Positions 57,883 to 64,000 of a stretch of DNA of 64,000 nt are shown piece by piece. Origin of the DNA: Octopus vulgaris (taxonomy: Eukaryota); contig OX597819.1 of NCBI GenBank assembly GCA_951406725.2, positions 25,978,001 to 26,042,000 of the forward strand. The letters run 5' to 3'. Position 1 is the first letter of the stretch. The number at the start of each line of letters is the position of its first letter. The notes beneath the pieces are model-generated. The model was not told the DNA's origin. It worked only from the letters and a program-made list of their open reading frames with translations, and did not search any database. A program made the translations under genes and the position numbers.

Positions 57883-58062
57883 AGGCGCTAGAGTGGCTGT
57901 GTGATAAGTAGCTTGCTAACTAACCACATGGTTCCGAGTTGGATCCCACTGGAAGTTGGGCACCTTGGGCAAGTGTCCTCTACTATAGCCTCGGGCCGAC
58001 CAAAGCCGACCAAAGCCTTTTGAGTGGATTTGGTAGACGGAAACTGAAAGAAGCCCGACGTA

Positions 58063-58123
<61 letters not shown>

Positions 58124-58334
58124 GTATGTGTGTGTATATACGTGTCTGTGTTTGTCCCCCCCCCAACATCGCTTGTGTGTTTACGTCCCCGTAACTTAGT
58201 GGTTCGGAAAAAGCGACCGTGAGAATAAGTACTAGGCTTACAAAGAATAAGTCCTGGTGTCGATTTGCTCGACTAAAGGTGGTGCTCCAGCATGGCTGCA
58301 ATCAAATGACTGAAGCAAGTAAAAGAGTAGAAGA
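57883..58334 (+). mobile_element. SINE family A, full length
   Basis: AGGCGCTAGAGTGGCTGTGTGATAAGTAGCTTGC...internal (TA)n...AATGACTGAAGCAAGTAAAAGAGTAGAAG. Confidence 0.93.
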
Positions 58335-59689
58335 ATATCGATAATATTAATTAGATTACTTGTAAGGAAATTTGGTATGTTTAATGCCGAGTTAGAATTA
58401 TGCATTTTGTCCAGAGATCACGTATTGTGTATTAGTTTGAATTGTTTGTCATTTTATGAAGCAAGGATGTGAAGCATTGGATATTATAAAATAGTATCGA
58501 ACGTTTAGTTACCATGGCATATTTTGTGAGAGTCGATATGAATATTGCCTGTTTTGTTTTCTCTTTTGATAGAAACCTCAATTAGTAGCTTAGAGACAGG
58601 TCGCATTCCTTTACAGAAATTAAGCAACTGTGTTTACTATAGGCTCAATAATCACATTCGTTTGTGAGAAAAACGAAATGTGTTTTCTCACAAAATTAAA
58701 TCAAGTGAGAAAACAAAGCTGCAAAAATTAATTCTTAGGATATAACTACTGTCATGCGATTTTAGGTATTTGAAATTGGATTTGGTTTATTTCTTTTTGG
58801 TCATGCTCACACTTAAAATATCGCTTGAAAGCCACTAAGATATTTAAAATAGAAATTTATTTGAACTGAGGTCAATATTTACACAGCTCTTATTAATGTA
58901 CACTGTTTAATATCAGCACAAATACCTCTATTTTCTATTACGCGATCGGTATTCAGATTTGGCATGTGTAGTTTGATACATTTTCCAGTTGCTTTCTATT
59001 TCTGATATTTGCACATAAATTTACGCAACATATTCAGTTTGGCTTTCTATTTTTGCCTGTAACGATAAATCAAGTACACACTGTATACTGGAGATAATTT
59101 CATAGGATATGCGTATCCTCAAAATTGATCTGATATATAAGGATGGCATCAGGGTATTTACTTAAAGTAGCCAATCCATTCAAGGGAACCAGATCACTTT
59201 TGACATTTATTGTAAAGGATTCATTATGTAAATAATATTATGAACGTACGGTCAATTTTCTCGACAATTGTTCCAACTAAAATATTTATGTCACGTATGA
59301 ATGTGTGTATTTGTGTATAAATTTCTGCGCATGTGTGGATATATGGATGTACTTTTATATTGATACTAACAGGGATACCCGGCGTTGCACGGGATTAAAA
59401 TGACAGAGCTTGTATATGTATATTAGAGTTATGATGACAAAACATTTCTGGAGTAAATAATGAGCTAATTCGACTAAGCAACATGTCACACGCCCGTTTG
59501 GTGTATTCCAGGCTCTAACCTGTCATGGAAAATTGGGGGAGGGGTTATGTGATTTTTGAACGCACCGCAAAGCTGGTAGTAGATATAAACTTGCGGGGGT
59601 CGGGGCTGCGTCCAACGCAACACATTGAATGGCGTTTTGACAGTTTGTTCGGATTGATTTCCAACATCACTCATGAAGTAAATTTGGAG

Positions 59690-60656
59690 TAGTTGTCTGA
59701 TATTGTTTAGAAAATCCTTTGACTGGATGGAAGTGGCTTCCAGAAGATCTATAAGAGGTTGAGGAGCAGCTGGTTATGCTGGCGATCTCACCGTACCGCC
59801 TGTGCAGCACATGCTGTTTGTTTCATTTGGAAATTTTTAAGATTTGCAGAAACGACAATTTGAGATTATCACACCAATTTGGACAAAATTATAATTTTTC
59901 GAAGAATGGGATGGATCATATCTGAAAGCAGCTCCAGGGACTATGAAGAACGTATTTGTACGTAGTATGTTTTAATGATTCAGCATTACGTGCTACAGCT
60001 TGTCTTTGCTAATATTAGGGAAAGTCTCATCTTCATTCTCTCTTAAGACATGATCGGACGTGTTACAACATAACTTTGTAGATCTTGGGAAAATCTTACT
60101 TCGCTTCACTTCTGAGACTCCATTTGACGTGCTGCAGCATGCATTTGTTGATCTTGGGAAAGTCTCATCTCCTTTCTCTCTTGAGACCCCATTTGATGTG
60201 CTGTATCATGCCTTTACTGATCTTGGGAAGGTCAAATCTCCTTTCTCTCTTGAGACTACATTTGACGTGCTGCAGGATGCGTTTGCTGATGTTTAGAAAG
60301 TCTCATTTCGTTTCTGTGTTGAGGCTCCATTTGATGTGCCTGGGAAGTCTCATTTCTCTCCTCTCTTTAGATCCCATCTGATATATTGGAACATGCGTTT
60401 GCTGATATTGACAAAGTCTCATCTCGCTTCTCTCTTCAGACACCATTTGACGTGCTGCAACATGCATTTCTTGATCTTGGGCAAATCTTATATCCGTTCC
60501 GTATTGAGACACCATTTGATGTAATGCAGCATGAGTTTGCTGATCTTGACCAAATCTCACCTCCCTTCTGTCTTGAGACTCTCGCCTTCACTTTTCTTAA
60601 ATCTTCCTTGCTTTAAACATGTTTCTGGAGATAGTATGACCTGCCTTTGGAGGCAT
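59690..60656 (-). pseudogene. Helitron RepHel N-terminal remnant: STPR-like 23-aa repeats plus a Cys-rich zinc-binding motif
   Basis: Starts MPPKAGHTISRN at 60656, then repeats like ESQDRREVRFGQDQQTHAALHQM, then AAFRYDP...VQIG...CRFCKS*KFPNETNSMCCTGGTV.SP...PQPL..LL...SKDFLNNIR. In-frame stops present. Confidence 0.8.
59985..60582. repeat. 69-bp tandem repeat, about 9 units, one with a 22-bp deletion
   Basis: Anchor (G)AGAC at 60045, 60114, 60183, 60252, 60321, 60368, 60437, 60506 and 60575. Confidence 0.9.
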
Positions 60657-61049
60657 ATTTTTACCAATATTGTAAACAAATTATACATCAATTTCTATTT
60701 TTGTAAGCAGTTGTATGTGTGCAGTTGTATGTATGTAGTATGTCTATATTTTTGCATGCAGTATAAATTAACTGAACAGAAGTACATGTATGAACAGTTA
60801 ATTTAATGGTAAATGCAAAATAATTATTGTAGATAAATTTCTTAATATATAAATGTTAAACACATGTATTAAGTGTTGATATAAAGGTAGATATGTAGTT
60901 GTAAGTAAAAAAGAAAGGAATAAAACCTCGCAACCTTGCAACTACTACGATAATTATAAACTGGTAATTGAAAGGTAAATGTGTATTTTTATATACCTTG
61001 GACCTGTCACCTCATTACTTTTTCTCAAGTGTTTCACCTCCAGCTGTTC

Positions 61050-61570
61050 GTTATATCAGTTAATACATCCCATTTACGAACGCATGGAAAACGAAGCTCC
61101 ACCAACTATTCTGACTATATGTCTGTGCACAATTTTGAATGCAGTGTATACCAGAAGGTTGGCAAATCCAATGTAGGCCTCAAAAGACATGTTAAAACCT
61201 ACAAAGAGCAGAACTTATCTGCAGGTATTGGTAGTCCAAATCAGAGGTGCAATCTATGTGGGTGTCTTTTCAGACCATTGTCTGGTTTCAAAAGCCACAT
61301 CAGACGTCATGATGGTGCTAAGGTGTAGGTACAGGAGGTGGTCAAACTCTGTGTAAGGAGTAGACAACCATCACCACGTATGTATGTATGTATGTATGTA
61401 TGTATGTATGTATGTATGTATGTATGTATGTATGTATGTATGAATGCATGTATGTATGTATGTATGTATGTATGCAGGTATGTATGTATGTATGTATGTA
61501 TGTATGTATGTATGTATGTATGTATGTATGTATGTATGTATGTATGAATGTATGTATGTATGCATGCATG
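61050..61570 (+). mobile_element. RTE-like LINE 3' end with two C2H2 zinc-finger remnants and a (TATG)n tail
   Basis: FECSVYQKVGKSNVGLKRHVKTY (degenerate) and CNLCGCLFRPLSGFKSHIRRH, stop at 61328, short UTR ...AGTAGACAACCATCACCA, then (TATG)n. Second copy at 53238. The clade is inferred. Confidence 0.65.
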
Positions 61571-61729
61571 TTTTTATATTTTGAAATGTAGCTTTGTGTG
61601 TGCTTATATCTGTAATTATTTATATGTAGTGAATCTATATTTTCTATTATTGAAATCTGATTGAATACTGAACTATTTTGCATCGTTATTCATACAGTTA
61701 ATTTTAATGTGTTTCGTTTTAAATTTCAG

Positions 61730-61784
61730 GTATTAATTCTTCCAGTTATTGCATTTAGTCTCAGCGTATTGGTCCCTTCCTTTG
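61730..61784 (+). CDS. Candidate 55-nt host exon, hydrophobic VLILPVIAFSLSVLVPSF(G), signal-peptide or TM-like; may be UTR
   Basis: TTTCGTTTTAAATTTCAG/G acceptor and TTTG/GTAAGT consensus donor. Only frame 0 is open. No linked exon identified. Confidence 0.35.
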
Positions 61785-62484
61785 GTAAGTATTTGCATGA
61801 TTTCTGCCGTTTCTTTTAATATGTATAATCATTGTTATCATTTAAAAGCACAAAACTTTCTTCTTATTACCTATGAGTATTTATAGATTTATATTTACAC
61901 ACGTACGCATAGTTCGAATATATGCATGCACCAACCTAAAAACACCTACGCACCAACAAATACTTACAAAAAATTTAAGGAGAAACAAATATCTACAAAT
62001 AAATGATTTTGAGATTTACTGCGGTGAGGAAATCGTACAGTGAATAAAATACTTATCCCTAAACCGATGTTTTTTTCTTTTTGTATTATTGAAATTGTCT
62101 GGTGTATATTTCAGTTGGATATTATTGATGCGAGACTCACGTATCAGGAAGAATGGAGGCTTTTAACTATCGGATCGGTTACAGATTTTTAGAAGCAGCA
62201 GAGGAGTGATTTTAAGAGTGTTCTACTAATTTCATATACAGATGTACACATTTCAATCGGGTTACAATTGAACTATCTTTCGAGGAATTTTTTTTTTTCG
62301 TTTTTGCTTGTTTGCTTCAAATGGATTCCTTCAGATATCTATTTCTTGGGTTTCTCCCGATTCACTTTAAAGCTTTTGAGTTACACAGATGCACACACAA
62401 GTACACACATACACACGCACACCTAAACAGATCCATGCCCCCCCACAAACGCACATGTATATGTATGTATGCATATATGTATAA

Positions 62485-62555
<71 letters not shown>

Positions 62556-64000
62556 CGTGCATATATATATATATATATACACACATATATTCACAATACA
62601 TAACAGTGCGCAATGCATCACATGACATGACCATGGAAGCAAAGAGAAGAATTATGGATATATTCCACTGATTTCTATTATTCGTTCTCAATGGAATTTA
62701 GGTTTGTAAACCCTTAGTATCGTGCTAAATACTACAAGATATCACGTTGCTATATTTTAGAGACTTTCGTAGTTTAATAGAGGAAGAAGTCCATACAGCT
62801 ACATTAGCGCTATTAGCAGAATACCATGAGACTGAAGACACACTGAATTGAATGCATAGATTCCAGTTGCCGTGTGGCATCGTGAAACGCATCTCGATTG
62901 TTTGAAGAGAAAGAGTGTAATTTGTTCGCAGTGTCCTTCGTCTAGTAGTTAAACAAATATGATGATATTCAAATGTATAGCGTGGCGATTACAACTGAAG
63001 GTTTATTAAAAAATTTACCCATTGGTATCACTTTGGATTTCAGTTTGTTACTACATTTAACAGTGTCCAAAATACTAATCTAAATTCTGCAACATAAAGG
63101 CCTGCCACAACACTCTTACGATTCTCCACCGAAAATCAAAAGTTGCATTCATATCTACTAAATCTTTTTCTTTTCTTTTCTTTTTTTTTTTTTTTGAGAT
63201 AACAATATGTTGAATATAACGCAATTTTCAAAATATGAAAGATATATAAATATGTTACGCAGACTTACTATGATGTATATGTATCGTGTTTTTAGGAATT
63301 TAATACGTAGATTATTACAATCATATTTACACAGGTTCATATTTTAGCATATATATTTTTAATAATTGTGTCTTGTTAATTTGCCGTGAAGTTTATTATG
63401 CCCAACAGCTAAATTGACATTACTAACATTTGCCAGAACACATCTCAACAGCCATAAAAATGAATTGTTTCATTTGATGTGAGGAATCTAATTAGTTCTA
63501 TTTCTAAATTAGTCACATTATTCGTTCGTTTATTACCTCTAGCACTGTGGGAACATTAAATGTCTTTCCTTGTACACATTTCAGTTGATTATTTCTTTTC
63601 TGATAGTAAGCACGTTTTCCGAAATACAACACAAGTTCGCACTGCTTCGTAGCGGATAGATTTCCTGGTGAAGATGGCGTTCATGCAATAAAATCAAGTG
63701 TTTAGTTACCAATGTTGGCGCTTTGTCAACTAACTAATCAGAGTTTTAAGATTTCGTCCATTTTGCCAGTAAAGGTATAGATGGTATACTCTAGTGCACG
63801 TTTACATACATGCATATTCATGCGCTACCCAACATATAAATTTGATTATATTGGTTACAATACATGTGAAAGCAGTCTGCGGTAAGGGTTTTAGCTTTAA
63901 AATCTTCTAGTAAAAGACAGGTGAAAAAAAAAATAAAACAAGTGCTACAAGTAGGGGAATTCCAGATTTTTGACATTCTAGTATGGGAATAGCGGTCATA

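Larger units (their letters stand above)
59366..60700 (-). mobile_element. Decayed, internally deleted Helitron keeping the RepHel N-terminus and the 3' terminus
   Basis: Minus-strand 3' end CCCGTGCAACGCCGGG-TATCCCTGTTAG|T (hairpin plus TTAG variant of CTAG). Coding remnant upstream. The 5' end was not located. Confidence 0.75.

Noticed and set aside
59985-60582. Regularly spaced repeats as a possible CRISPR array
   Set aside because: Whole 69-bp units are homologous with no unique spacers, the period is a multiple of 3, the context is a eukaryotic Helitron, and there are no cas genes.
60981-61328. C2H2 zinc-finger ORF as a host ZNF gene
   Set aside because: The first finger is degenerate, there is no TGEKP linker, a short UTR and microsatellite tail follow, and a second copy lies at 53238. 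This fits a LINE 3' end.
62115-62192. YQEEWRLL reminiscent of a Cys-loop receptor N-terminal helix
   Set aside because: The frame stops after 25 codons, the phase does not match the upstream exon candidate, and there are no other receptor motifs.

Overview
AT-rich, microsatellite-dense eukaryotic DNA with no bacterial-type genes and no confidently identifiable host protein-coding gene. The repeat families look like those of a coleoid cephalopod, probably Octopus (inference, no database used). The window reads as intronic or intergenic sequence. It holds three tRNA-headed SINE families (two copies with exact 11-bp TSDs), two decayed R4/Dong-type RLE LINEs (43.9-46.0 kb plus, RT deleted; 48.5-49.2 kb minus, 3' end), RTE-like 3' ends with C2H2 fingers, a complete 398-bp non-autonomous Helitron and a decayed coding Helitron with a 69-bp (23-aa, STPR-like) repeat array. 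The most notable signal is a dispersed set of about ten type I hammerhead-ribozyme motifs (intact to degenerate) in short Penelope-like pLTR fragments next to (TA)n/(CA)n tracts, alongside several near-perfect foldbacks at such tracts. Most ORFs in the supplied track are microsatellite read-throughs. Two weak candidate host exons lie at 37872-38032 (minus) and 61730-61784 (plus). All coordinates and alignments were done by eye.
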